IMG/VR virus record: IMGVR_UViG_3300027759_000071 | Coordinates: 18,227-82,226 of that record | Strand: one strand, 5' to 3' | Source: a virus | DNA: 64,000 bases | Shown: positions 22,801-29,900 of the stretch, one piece after another | How the letters are laid out: each line of letters begins with the position of its first letter | How positions within the stretch are numbered: the stretch's first letter is position 1 | Notes under the pieces: model-generated | Told to the model about the DNA's origin: nothing | What the model saw: the letters and a program-made list of their open reading frames with translations, nothing else | The model's database searches: none | Program-made: the position numbers and the translations under genes

Positions 22801-25800
22801 GGATTTATACAAAGTGAATCAATTGCATATCTATCAGCAAGTTGGGCTAAGCATGATTATAATGAAACTACTTGTAAGAGAGATATTGGATACATTATAG
22901 ATGCAGTAGCAACTGATTTGTTGTATGGTGGTAACGAAAGAAGTGTGATAGCAGGAAGATATTATTATGATTATCCATCTCAAGCTACAAACGCACAATT
23001 AGAACCAACATTGACTGGTGTAAGATATGCAAAAGGAACGGCTATGAACGTAGTTGTTAATAAGCAGATATTTACAGCATCTTTGGAAGTTCAATACGCA
23101 TACGATTTAATAAAAGCTAACAAACTATTCATACAAAGTGAAAGTGTTGCATATGTAAACGTTAAATACCCTAACTTAGATTATAGTGAAAGTAAATGTT
23201 ATAGAGATTTAGGATATATCATTGATGGTGTAGCAACTGATTTACTTTATGGTGGAAATGAGAGAAGTAGAGATAATGCAGATTACTATTATCAGTTCCC
23301 ATCTCAAGCAAATGGGTTTGGTTCGCAAGTAATTCAAACAACGGATGCAATTAAGTACGCAGCTAGAATAACAACGGCATCTATTAGTAGTACATTAATA
23401 GCAGCACCTTCTATCGTACTTAATACTTTAGAAAACATTAAAGTAACTAACGCTACACAACTTGTAACATCATCATTGTTTGGAACTGTGGCTGAAGCTA
23501 ACGCAATATCGGCATCAATTTCTATTGTAGCAAATATAGTAAGAAATGGTACGGGTTCATTACCAACTTTAATTCCATATACAACTCAATCGGTTGATAC
23601 TAATGTAATATACTCATATAATTTATTAAAAGCAAATATTGGATTTATTGTATCGGAATCAATAGCATATTTAAGTTCATCTTGGTCAACAGCATCTTAT
23701 AATGAAGAAAGTTGTTCTCGTGACTTACGATTTATATTGAGTGGTTCGGCTGAGGATTTATTGTACAACGCAAATTCGGCATCTATATTTAATGGTGTAT
23801 TCTATTATCAGTTCCCATCAGCAGCAACAAGTTCACAATTGAATCAAACTCTTGATGGAATAAACTACGCAAGTAGATTAGCACAAAATATAGTACAAAA
23901 CGTAACTTATGTAACTGCATCAGCAATCGTATCAGCATCATACGCATTGATTAGAAAAAATAGAGAGTTTATACAAAATGAAACTATTGCGTATCTATCT
24001 TCTTCTTGGAGTACAGCATCTTATGATGAAGTAACTTGTAAAAGAGATGTTGGTCATATTATAGATGCGGTTTCTACGGATTTACTTTATGGTGGAAACG
24101 AAAGAAGTACAAACGCTGGGGTGTTCTATTACTTATATCCATCACAAGCGCAAGGTTCACAATTACAACCAACATTAGCAGGTGTTAATTACGCAGGACA
24201 ACTTTCTAAGAATGTTGCGGCATCATTAACATTTGTGACAGCATCTCAAATAGTATCAGCATCGGTTAATTTGTTAAGAAAGAATAGAGAGTTTATACAA
24301 AATGAAACCCTAGCTTACTTAACTGCTAGCTGGAGTACATTTGAGTATGATAAAGATAAGTGTAAGAGAGATGTTGGCTATATATTAGATGGTGTAACAA
24401 CTGATTTATTATATGGTGGAAATGAAAGAGGTGTATTCAGCGGAGAGTTCTATTACAAATATCCATCTAAGGCAATTATTGAAGGAGATGGTGATGGTGT
24501 AGGACAATTAGGGCAAACAATTGATGGTATAAACTACGCAAGTAGAATAGCACAAAAGATTGTAAAAAATACATTGTTTGTAACAGCATCAGTAGAGGCA
24601 TCCGCATCGTTTGATTTATTAAGAAAGAATAAATCATTTGTGGCAGCTGAAACTATCGCTTATGTATCTTCATCTTGGAGTAGTGTATATTATAACGAAG
24701 CAACTTGTAAAAGAGATGTAGGATATCTAATAGATGCAGCAGCAACGGATGTATTGTATGGTGGACAAGAAAGAACTGTGATAGCAGGGCAGTATTATTA
24801 CTTATATCCTTCTAACGCAATTAATTCAGGCGTACCATCAACTCTAAATCAATTAGACCCAACTCTTACTGGTATCAGATATGCTGGAAAGGTATCCAAA
24901 AAGATAATAACCAATCCAACTTATTTAGTACCATCTGCATCATTATTACTAACAGCAAAATTGTTGACAGATAATAAACAATTGATACAAAAAGAAACTA
25001 TAACATTCTTAAGTTCCTCTTGGAGTAATTTAAAATATAATGAAGTAAGTTGTTCTAGAGATTTAGGATTTATTATAGATGCAATCAGAACGGATTTAGT
25101 TTATGGTGGTAATGAGAGAAGTATTGAAGCAGGTTCATACTACTACAAATTCCCATCAGTAGCAATTGTGGAAAGTTACGCTGATAATACTGGACAGAAA
25201 AAACAAACGGTAGATGGTATTAACTTCGCAAGAGGAATTTCTGAAAAGGTAGTAGCAAATACTTTATTAACTTATTTAGCACCGGCAACTAAAAGAAGAC
25301 AAGCAGCTGAAAGGTTAAAATCTGGTAAGGATGAATTGAAACAAAGAGCAATTGGATATACAAATGGAGCATTTCCATATTTAGTATATAATGAGGCAAG
25401 TTGTTCACGTGATACTGGATTTATTGTAGATGCGTGTGTAACTGATTTATTATATGGTGGAAATGAGAGAGGAATTGCAGCAGCATCTTCTTACTACGAT
25501 GGCCAGTACGGAAGTGCAATAGCTGTGACTAGAGACCAATTATTAGAAACATTGGAAACAAATCGTTATCTAAGAACTAGAGCAGAGTTTATAGCAGCTG
25601 GTGCACCATTGGAATCATTTGGTTCTTTGATTGTGGCAACTGGTATTGACTACTCTTATAATGGTAGTGGTGTAACATTTAAAGCACTTCCTCCAAATCA
25701 GGGTGGTAGTGGTGTTGCAAATCCATTATTTGAAATTACGGAATTGGGTGGTGGTAGAATCTTCTTCACATCCGGTAACGAAACTGGTGACTTTAGAATT

Positions 25801-25908
25801 GGTACTGGATTGAGTATTAATCAGGCAACTGGTACTTTGGTGGGTAGAACATTTAGTAAATCTCTATTCTCATTAGTAACTCCGTTCTCATTGGCACTAC
25901 AAATATAA
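10873..25908 (+). CDS. Giant (5011 aa) virion structural/appendage protein: N-terminal beta-helix-like domain, degenerate cupredoxin-like domain, 22 C-x-R-D helical repeats, duplicated FTCD/YPR/HTFV block
   Basis: LYVSSTDGDDTNDG...RTVKRAA, SPYIQNCS and SMVLDAYTQ (pectin-lyase-like beta-helix start). Repeats Y.E..CKRDVG.I.DA..TDL.YGGNERS. C-terminus GRTFSKSLFSLVTPFSLAL. Confidence 0.75.
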   Translation: MARLIPRKQIEEQQNISASLSIRENVFVGQDAIISGSLFVSQSFFFGNDTGSINEITGSVFLTGSLVIDGLFQTTNPSAIFSVTASNALESFDTTRYGGVLARDFGANVPTLYVSSTDGDDTNDGRTIQFPLRTVKRAAQLATPGYDGRYGLSSSSLFSGYVIRVQAGTYLEDNPVILPKNASIWGSGLRITKINALNKGEDLFYVNSGCYVAEVTMGGLRLFPDQINPVKGFAIAFQPGAFITTSPYIQNCSQISNQENSFTELYEDIPPGGGGLYVNGDVIDPDSPLASMVLDAYTQISPNGVGCLVNGRGFIQLVSFFNNFSYYAIRVNNGGHATLNNSNISFGLYGMYASGSRLISGSGGNIAARDSVRGTWSCVVDVLNKGLENGLPTITKLNTAEGIRLTSPALYTQSRVSAGTTLSTTAADEISADYTLISEIVDKGVTNFPTLLAKSSIKGYGFDSPYNILGAEQITSSISASVGDLTQISASYAAILSILANGTGSFNFKSNTSASRQIGTDVIEQIGNIATNYTASVSSSFGTVINIITKGVSVKPTYIANTSASIKGGSVEQTMLGVTSSLATINSVSASFSIVYNILANGTGSNILQIPANHQKSFVITNNNSSSFNFEGIGSNPTLTLFRGETYKFNIDAIEDFGGIEYPFWIRTEQLEGITEKYDYNIGMVNNGDSRGTITFTVPYNAPNRLYYVSQNKSSMGGVIDIVNSSTTPFDLIKNTLTYPATIQSGSIAKTNIDVVTAYEILVNNITFIQDEVIQYVSSSWSGFSYPEETCKRDVAYIVSGSAKDLLFGGNEESIRNGLFYYQYPSQATTTQLGPTLTAMKHAAEVSLNLIRGKVYVEPINDVVDVWSTIRDNKTFVQNEVITYLSSSWSNFYYNEEKCRRDTGYILDAVATDIKYGGNERSITAGEYYYQYPSLAIVRGDGDGVGQLGQTSDGIRYASGLVDSLLKRKTFTAPSASTLSAYNNLKNNKELIQNETIQFINVAFPNLKYNQATCKRDVGYIIDNVATDLLYGGIERGVTAGRYYYDYPSIATKTQKTSTIAGVKYAKIIGDTIVQNIILDTPRIVYNDEKNFRASSLTNVTSSFSGSATQQTSIGNTFSIIEGIVARGLSSIKSLLAQNTGLTWNKYNPISVSSGSQITSSYTTPNEVTTIGRNFDVVNTIIGGGLVAEPLFTSSHAGLTKVTTGTQTTASFAVSGSATASLSSSFALITGIITDGVKSFTPTTATYNPADGNFVMTIPSHTLKTSNGIYLKPESFVFTCDMDGNRTEHKLPSVGQPAHTNRLKIQSVTNNTVTVNVGASGPDVYFNPTNATYNPATGDFVITVASHSLSVGEGIVLSTGSFAFTCDMDGNQSTKSYPRFGIDPYSVRSIPITAVTATTMTVNVGVSAANKYFTPTSASYNALTGDMSVTVGQHGLGVGRSVILVSSSIAFTCDQDNNATTHSYPRSGSDPYAGKSIEITSVGFTEHTVTNAPYNAETGDVTLTIASHSFSNGDYIKLSDNSLTYTCILDGNLVSKSYPRVGYDYPSGRWLSISGVTTSSFDINIGASSYTSAHTFVTASINGLQRQNGIFTINVGDAGSASGSIHTFVSASANAIQHLPQSVHTFVSASSGAVKHLPQAAHTFVRTNQNSVSTVPVLVQNTYGLIKVTNTVFTASSAATTAESASISSSFALVERVLKNGTSIIPALTSSLNANIKVTNASQYISASYSASASDVNFISSSISIVTKIIEGGEFSAPAFQTYTNRITSSNSVAAYEILKNNIGFIVSESIAYLSSSWSTASYDEDKCRRDLGFILSGSAEDLIWNANSASIFNGLFYWEFPSQAQGAQLQQTLDGINYASRLAQKVILNTPFVTASSDITKAKVLLRNNTQFIKDETIAYLSSSWIGHDYNETTCKRDVGHILDAAITDMVYGGNERSRIASYYYFTYPSAATGSQLMQTVDGINYANRLAQKTVLNSTFIQAESNKVNASNLIRLNRDLIANEVVEYVSSSWSDAPYDDIKCRRDVKYILDAVRTDLVYGGNERSKFAGEYYYEYPSKAIVAGVPSATAQLDSTITGIDYGSGLVQNIIKNNILSVPSVAITNAAALVRKNRLFLQQNTVDYVNDVYPNLDYIESKCYRDTGFIVDAVITDLVYGGNERSITAGRFYYLYPSQATGVQSEETIDSLNFTKGLAKLVAIGGKSIEDGFDIVANVIESGSNSAPSVVLNTAAGIKATTAQQITSSISVATNDKSIISSSFGNILNIVSNGTGSIPTTIVKNTNKGVNVLGGTQITSSTAPNTSEKVKVTTGFDTVIDIVANGTGSIPTIVTNVNSLIKRTTTNSYITTASISSTYLTASNNSFDIVLDIVENGTGSLPTLVKNTDSLVKITNTNQFTSSVIISSSLARNISGSFDKIINILENGTGSLPTIVTNVNNIKVTDATQYFGVNAATQTEANAISASISIVTNIIANGTGSLPTVTLYTSSISSSNVLAAYAILKSNLDFIVSESIAYLSSSWSTASYDESKCRRDLKFIISGSAEDLIFNANSASVFNGVFYYQFPSQAQGAQLNQTLDGIKYASRLAQKLVLNTLFVTQSAQIKDAYTLLVNNKEFIKDEVIPYISSSWSTHQYVESTCKRDIVHIIDAVSTDLLYGGNERSINAGVFYYRYPSEATGSQIQETVTGIEYARNLAFKILRGNTFVKVSQNKLQAKELIYNNRAFIQNEVISYISASWSTASYNETTCKRDVGHILDAVTTDIVYGGNERSVNAGKFYYEYPSQATTSQLGPTLSGIKYAKDLTDSVLKNSTFASASNSNVTAYELIFNNKAFIQNETIAYLSSSWSAFSYNQTTCKRDIGYILDAVATDILYGGNERVAKAGEYYYLYPSSASVANDGDTGGQLNQTLDGIKYAKGITEKIVANLLLQSPTTSELTGFNLLLDNKKFIQSESIAYLSSSWSGGDGFYYNETTCKRDIGHIIDAVRTDLVYGGNERSSKAGEYYYLYPSAAILTGSVSPTVTTQKGPTLDGIKYVAGTAENIIANTQLISPNGFATASVNLLRQNKLFIQNETVQYIDAFFPNLVYLRETCRRDVGYILDAVITDTFYGGNQRSVIAGQYYYLYPSLATKSTQVIETVAGVDYAKALAKAIVQNIKLNSPTLTTNTDGNIKVTNTTQYTSSLSASIIEVNQISSSFGLVTGIITDGVKSFTPTTATYNPANGEFVITIPSHTLTKYNSIYIRPESFVFTCDMDGNRTEHKLPSIGQYAYSNKLQIQSVTTNTITVNVGASGPNVEFTPTNATYNPATGDFVMTVGTHSLSIGEGIVITTGSIAFTCDMDNNQSVKSYPRFGIDPYAGRSMVITNTTPTTLTVSVGASAANKYFTPSAANYNALTGDMSVTVGQHGLGVGRSVILATGSIAFTCDQDGNTTTHSYPRVGSDPYVGKSIEIKSVGFTQHTVTNAPYNAETGDVTLTIASHGFSNGDYIKLSDNSLTYNCVLDDNVVSKSYPRAGYDYPSGRWLSISGVTTNTFNINIGASSYTNSHTFVTASINGVQRQNGIFTINVGDAGSASGSIHTFVSASSNAVKYLPQSVHTFVSASAGAIKHLPQATHTFVRTNKNSISTLPVLVENGNGLIKVTNTTQYSSSISASRAELDIITSSFKHVADIIENGVAFVPDSLARNYNYGFELSTPTLLHISSKEQTIGTGSYNLSTQITNVSSSYGTVVNVVKNGLSVLPTLVTNTSSSLKVTNANPVRQATSASSFDTNKIASGFDLILSVIENGTSVLPTIISNTSASIKVTNTPQLISGSAAGRLQGKLISSSLSLVIDVLLNNGTSSITYRPSAYPIANTNAKINSAYNLLVSNSKFIVDETIAYMSSSWSGFAYTQSKCERDLTGILSGSAFDLLYGGNSASLFNGKFYFDFPSQATGSQLDQTITALKYASGLAEKVVLNTVFTHISASQLVSSSASYNSLRENKGFIQSESIAYLSASWAKHDYNETTCKRDIGYIIDAVATDLLYGGNERSVIAGRYYYDYPSQATNAQLEPTLTGVRYAKGTAMNVVVNKQIFTASLEVQYAYDLIKANKLFIQSESVAYVNVKYPNLDYSESKCYRDLGYIIDGVATDLLYGGNERSRDNADYYYQFPSQANGFGSQVIQTTDAIKYAARITTASISSTLIAAPSIVLNTLENIKVTNATQLVTSSLFGTVAEANAISASISIVANIVRNGTGSLPTLIPYTTQSVDTNVIYSYNLLKANIGFIVSESIAYLSSSWSTASYNEESCSRDLRFILSGSAEDLLYNANSASIFNGVFYYQFPSAATSSQLNQTLDGINYASRLAQNIVQNVTYVTASAIVSASYALIRKNREFIQNETIAYLSSSWSTASYDEVTCKRDVGHIIDAVSTDLLYGGNERSTNAGVFYYLYPSQAQGSQLQPTLAGVNYAGQLSKNVAASLTFVTASQIVSASVNLLRKNREFIQNETLAYLTASWSTFEYDKDKCKRDVGYILDGVTTDLLYGGNERGVFSGEFYYKYPSKAIIEGDGDGVGQLGQTIDGINYASRIAQKIVKNTLFVTASVEASASFDLLRKNKSFVAAETIAYVSSSWSSVYYNEATCKRDVGYLIDAAATDVLYGGQERTVIAGQYYYLYPSNAINSGVPSTLNQLDPTLTGIRYAGKVSKKIITNPTYLVPSASLLLTAKLLTDNKQLIQKETITFLSSSWSNLKYNEVSCSRDLGFIIDAIRTDLVYGGNERSIEAGSYYYKFPSVAIVESYADNTGQKKQTVDGINFARGISEKVVANTLLTYLAPATKRRQAAERLKSGKDELKQRAIGYTNGAFPYLVYNEASCSRDTGFIVDACVTDLLYGGNERGIAAASSYYDGQYGSAIAVTRDQLLETLETNRYLRTRAEFIAAGAPLESFGSLIVATGIDYSYNGSGVTFKALPPNQGGSGVANPLFEITELGGGRIFFTSGNETGDFRIGTGLSINQATGTLVGRTFSKSLFSLVTPFSLALQI
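13130..25560 (+). repeat. 22 copies of a ~108-aa C-x-R-D...YGGNERS repeat, in clusters
   Basis: Cys codons at e.g. 16618, 16942 and 18457, 18781, 19105, 19429 (324-nt period). Confidence 0.9.
14560..21781 (+). repeat. Internal ~1.32-kb direct duplication (14560-15880 and 20461-21781)
   Basis: Both copies begin actggaattataactgatggagtaaaatcatttacaccaactacggcaac and stay colinear (offset 5901) to ggtttaattaaagt. Confidence 0.9.
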
Positions 25909-25932
25909 AAAAGAAAATAAAAAAATAAAAAA

Positions 25933-26850
25933 ATGGCAGAAGTTTTTGTACCCTTAAATCGGTTTCAGTCAGTAGTAACAGGCCTGACTGGAGAACCTGA
26001 TGAAATATATGCAACTCCGGCGGGTGTATCATCTATTGTGTTATCATGTCAAATTACAAACAATAGTTTGATAACACAACCTGTAACTATATTTGTAATA
26101 TCAAATAAAGAAATACCCTTACCTGAATTTGGTAATGTATATAGTGGAAGTTCCTTTATAAGTTCTTCCGTATCTTTATTAGATTTTAGTGGTAGTTTTG
26201 CTAGTGCATCTTTATTACTTAATTCAAATAGACAATTTTTAAGAAAAGAAATAGCGGCATATACTGATAATCAAAATAGTTTATCGGAAACTCCATTTAC
26301 TTTTATATCATCCTATTTTGAGCAAAATACTTTAGATGATGTGGATGCAATAAAGTATGATATAGTTAATAATACAACTATTAGAACAAATAAAGCAGCT
26401 AAAGCATATTTTGATAAAAATGGTGTATCTTTAATTGATTCAACTGAATATTCGGCATCTTTGTTCGCTTTAGATTATTTAAAAGTATTATCAAATCAAA
26501 TTATAAAAAATGAATCAACAACAGGTTCGTTGGATTCACCATTATTATTTCAAAGTGGCGTTACACAATCTGTATTAAGTGGATTTACAAATGGCACAAC
26601 TGCTGGTATATCAGCATCTATATATGTAGTAAATTCTTTAGTAGATGTTATAAAAGCTACAATTGAATCTCCTGTACTTGTTGAACAAGAAGCTGTGAGA
26701 TTGGTTACTAACGTATCAATTCCGCCAGCAGATTCTTTATCTCCTGTTGTTTCTGGTAAATTAGTATTAGAAGAAACTTATGGATTTATTGTTTCTGGTT
26801 CACCTGAATTAACTGTGGTTCTTTCCTTGTTAGAAAGTGCAAATGAATAA
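25933..26850 (+). CDS. Fibre adaptor-like protein with one inserted degenerate helical repeat
   Basis: N-terminal IYATPAGVSSIVLSCQITN and C-terminal IPPADSL...KLVLE...VVLSLLE resemble 41123..41458. The middle part NRQFLRKE...VDAIKYD resembles the 5011-aa repeat but lacks the Cys. Confidence 0.6.
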   Translation: MAEVFVPLNRFQSVVTGLTGEPDEIYATPAGVSSIVLSCQITNNSLITQPVTIFVISNKEIPLPEFGNVYSGSSFISSSVSLLDFSGSFASASLLLNSNRQFLRKEIAAYTDNQNSLSETPFTFISSYFEQNTLDDVDAIKYDIVNNTTIRTNKAAKAYFDKNGVSLIDSTEYSASLFALDYLKVLSNQIIKNESTTGSLDSPLLFQSGVTQSVLSGFTNGTTAGISASIYVVNSLVDVIKATIESPVLVEQEAVRLVTNVSIPPADSLSPVVSGKLVLEETYGFIVSGSPELTVVLSLLESANE

Positions 26851-26868
26851 CAATAATATCATTGATTG

Positions 26869-26897
26869 ATATTTATAAGGGATTCTCTATATTTATA
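26869..26897 (+). promoter_or_regulatory. Tandem putative late promoters ATATTTATA (26869-26877, 26889-26897)
   Basis: Two exact copies in the 67-nt gap before the ATG at 26918. Confidence 0.6.
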
Positions 26898-26917
26898 ACA
26901 AAGCTGGAAAGTAACGC

Positions 26918-29900
26918 ATGGCAATTAGTAATCTATTAACAGGAAGGGTAAGGGTTGTAAGCCCAAAAAATGTAACATCTGACAGATATCAGTTTTTGGA
27001 TTTGTCACAGGCCGAACCAAATTTTGGAGTCCCATCGTTCAGCGCATCTCTTTATGATAATCCAGCGATATTAGTTTCAGATTCCGATGGAAATAGAGGA
27101 TTTGTTCAATTACCATCATCCACAAAATTAGTAACTGGTTCAATAACGGCATCTGTAACTCCTGAATATGGATTTCAGGTAGTTTCTGTAGATAGTGGTT
27201 CTCAATTTACTGGTAGTGTATTTGTAAGTGGTAGTGTAACGGCCAATTATTTTATTGGAGATGGTTCACAACTTACAAATGTTGCATCGACTGTAGCACC
27301 TAGAATTGCTAGTGGTAGTGCAACCGCATCTATTTCTCCTGATTTGGGATTGCAAATAAATGTTGATACTACAATATTAGGAAATCTTTATGTATCCCAA
27401 TCAATAATTGCAGACCAACTTATTGTTAATTTAATCTCATCGTCTGTAATTTTTTCGTCTGGGTCTAATATATTTGGAAACACCAATACTAATATCCAAC
27501 AATTTACTGGTTCTGTTCAAATACAAACGGAATTAATAGCGGGATATGTAACAGCATCATCTTTTAGTGGTTCATTTACTGGAGATGGTAGTAATTTATT
27601 TAATGTACCTGCCGCAACTTCTCCTAGAATTGTTTCTGGTTCTGCAACAGCATCCATATCTCCGAATGAGGGATTATTAGTTAATACTGGAGTAACTATT
27701 GCGGATTATTTAATAGTTACTGGTTCGGCAACATTTTATTCAGCTGTATCCGCTTCAGTATTTAGTGGTAGTGGTGAATCATTGTTTAATTTACCTGACT
27801 CAAAAAGAATAGCAAGTGGTAGTGTAACCGCATCTGTAAGTCCTGATTCTGGATTTATTGTTGAATCATTAATTAAAGGTTCTCAATTTACTGGTAGTAT
27901 AAATGTTAGTGGTAGTGTATTAGTACAAAGTGGTTCATATCTTGTTGGAGATGGTAGATATTTAAGCAATATTTCTTTTGCAAATTTATCAATAGATTCA
28001 ACAAGAATATTTAGTGGAAGTGCAACAGCATCTATTTCACCATCAGAAGGATTTAAAGTAAATGTTAATTCAAGTATTAGTGGTAGTTTAAATGTATCTC
28101 AATCAATTATAGCATCACAATTTAGTGGCTCATTCTCTGGTTCTTTTCAAGGGGATGGTAGTAGATTAATAAATTTACCAATAGCTACTAAAATAGCAAG
28201 TGGTAGTGTAACTGCATCGGTTGACCCAAATAATGGATTTGTAGTAACATCGGTAGCAAATGGTTCTACTTTTAGTGGTAGTGTATTTTTAAGTAGCGGC
28301 TCTTATTTCTCTGGTAGTGGTAAATATATATTTGATATACCATTTGCAAATTTAACAGGAGATACAATTAGAATATCAAATGGTAATGTAACTGCATCAG
28401 TAAGTCCTGATTATGGATTTAAAGTAGAATCATTAGTAAGTGGTTCTCAATTTACTGGAAGTATAAGTGTAAGTGGAAGTATAAGTGTAAGTGGTAGTGT
28501 GACAGCATCATTTTTTGTTGGAGATGGTAGTAAATTATTTAACATACCAGCTTTAACCGCTGTATTAATAGCAAGTGGTAGTGTAACTGCTTCGGTAGCA
28601 CCTGATAAAGGATTTATTGTAACATCTACGGCAAGTGGTTCTAAATTTACTGGTTCAATAAATGTAAGTGGTAGTGTAACTGCATTTAATTTTTATGGTT
28701 CTGCATCTCAAGCTGAAAATGCAAATTTATTTGATGGTAGAGAATCATCAACATTTGCAACAACTGGTTCAAACTTATTTACTGGTTCTCAATTTATTAC
28801 TGGTAGCTTAACTGCTAATTTCTTTATTGGGGATGGTTCTGGATTAACTGGAGTAAGAGCTGATGTTACACCTCGTATAGCAAGTGGTAGTGTAACGGCA
28901 TCTATATCTCCTGATACTGGATTATTAGTAAACACAACTGTATCAGCATCTTCATTTAGTGGTAGTGGTGATGGATTATTTAATATTCCATTATCTGCAT
29001 TTAGTAGTGAAGTATCTAGAATAGCAACTGGTAGTATAACAGCATCTGTTAATCCTGATTATGGATTTAGAGTAGAATCTATTAGTAGTGGTTCTCAGTT
29101 TACGGGTTCATTATTTGTAAGTGGTAATATCCAAGTATCTTCTGGTTCATTTTTTAGTGGTAGTGGTGAGGGATTATTTAATATACCATTTGCATCTATA
29201 TCTGGAGAAATATCAAAAATTTCAAGCGGTTCTGCAACGGCATCAATTTCTCCTGATAAAGGATTTGAAATAAATGTAAATACAAGAATAACTGGCTCTC
29301 TATTAGTAGTTAGTTCTAGTAATTTTTTATCATCAGTATCTGCATCTATATTTAGTGGTAGTGGTGAATCTTTATTTAATATTCCATTAGCAGCATTAGC
29401 AACGGAAGCTCTAAGAATAGCAAATGGTGATGTAACCGCATCTGTTTCTAATGATGGATTTGTAGTAAAAACTCCATTCTCTGGTTCTCAAATTGGTTCT
29501 AGATTTACTGGTAGTTTATCAATTAGTGGTAGTGTATTTTTAAGTAGTGGTTCTTTTTATTCTGGATCTGGAGAAGGGTTATTTAATATTCCGTTTTCAG
29601 CATTATCTACTGAAGTGTTTAGAATTGCAAGTGGTAGTGTAACTGCATCAGCAAGTCCTAATTTTGGATTTGTCGTAACATCTGCTGCAAGTGGTTCTCA
29701 GTTTAGTGGTAGTGTTAGTATTAGTGGTTCATTAAGTGCATATGGAAATGGATTTATTAGTGGTACATTACTTGTAACATCTGCCTCTAATTTCTTTGAT
29801 AGTACTTTAATTATAACTCGCCAATATTCTCAATTTAGTGGTAGTGTATATGGTTCAATATTTAGTGGTTCTAATTTCTTTGGACAATCATTTAGTGGTT

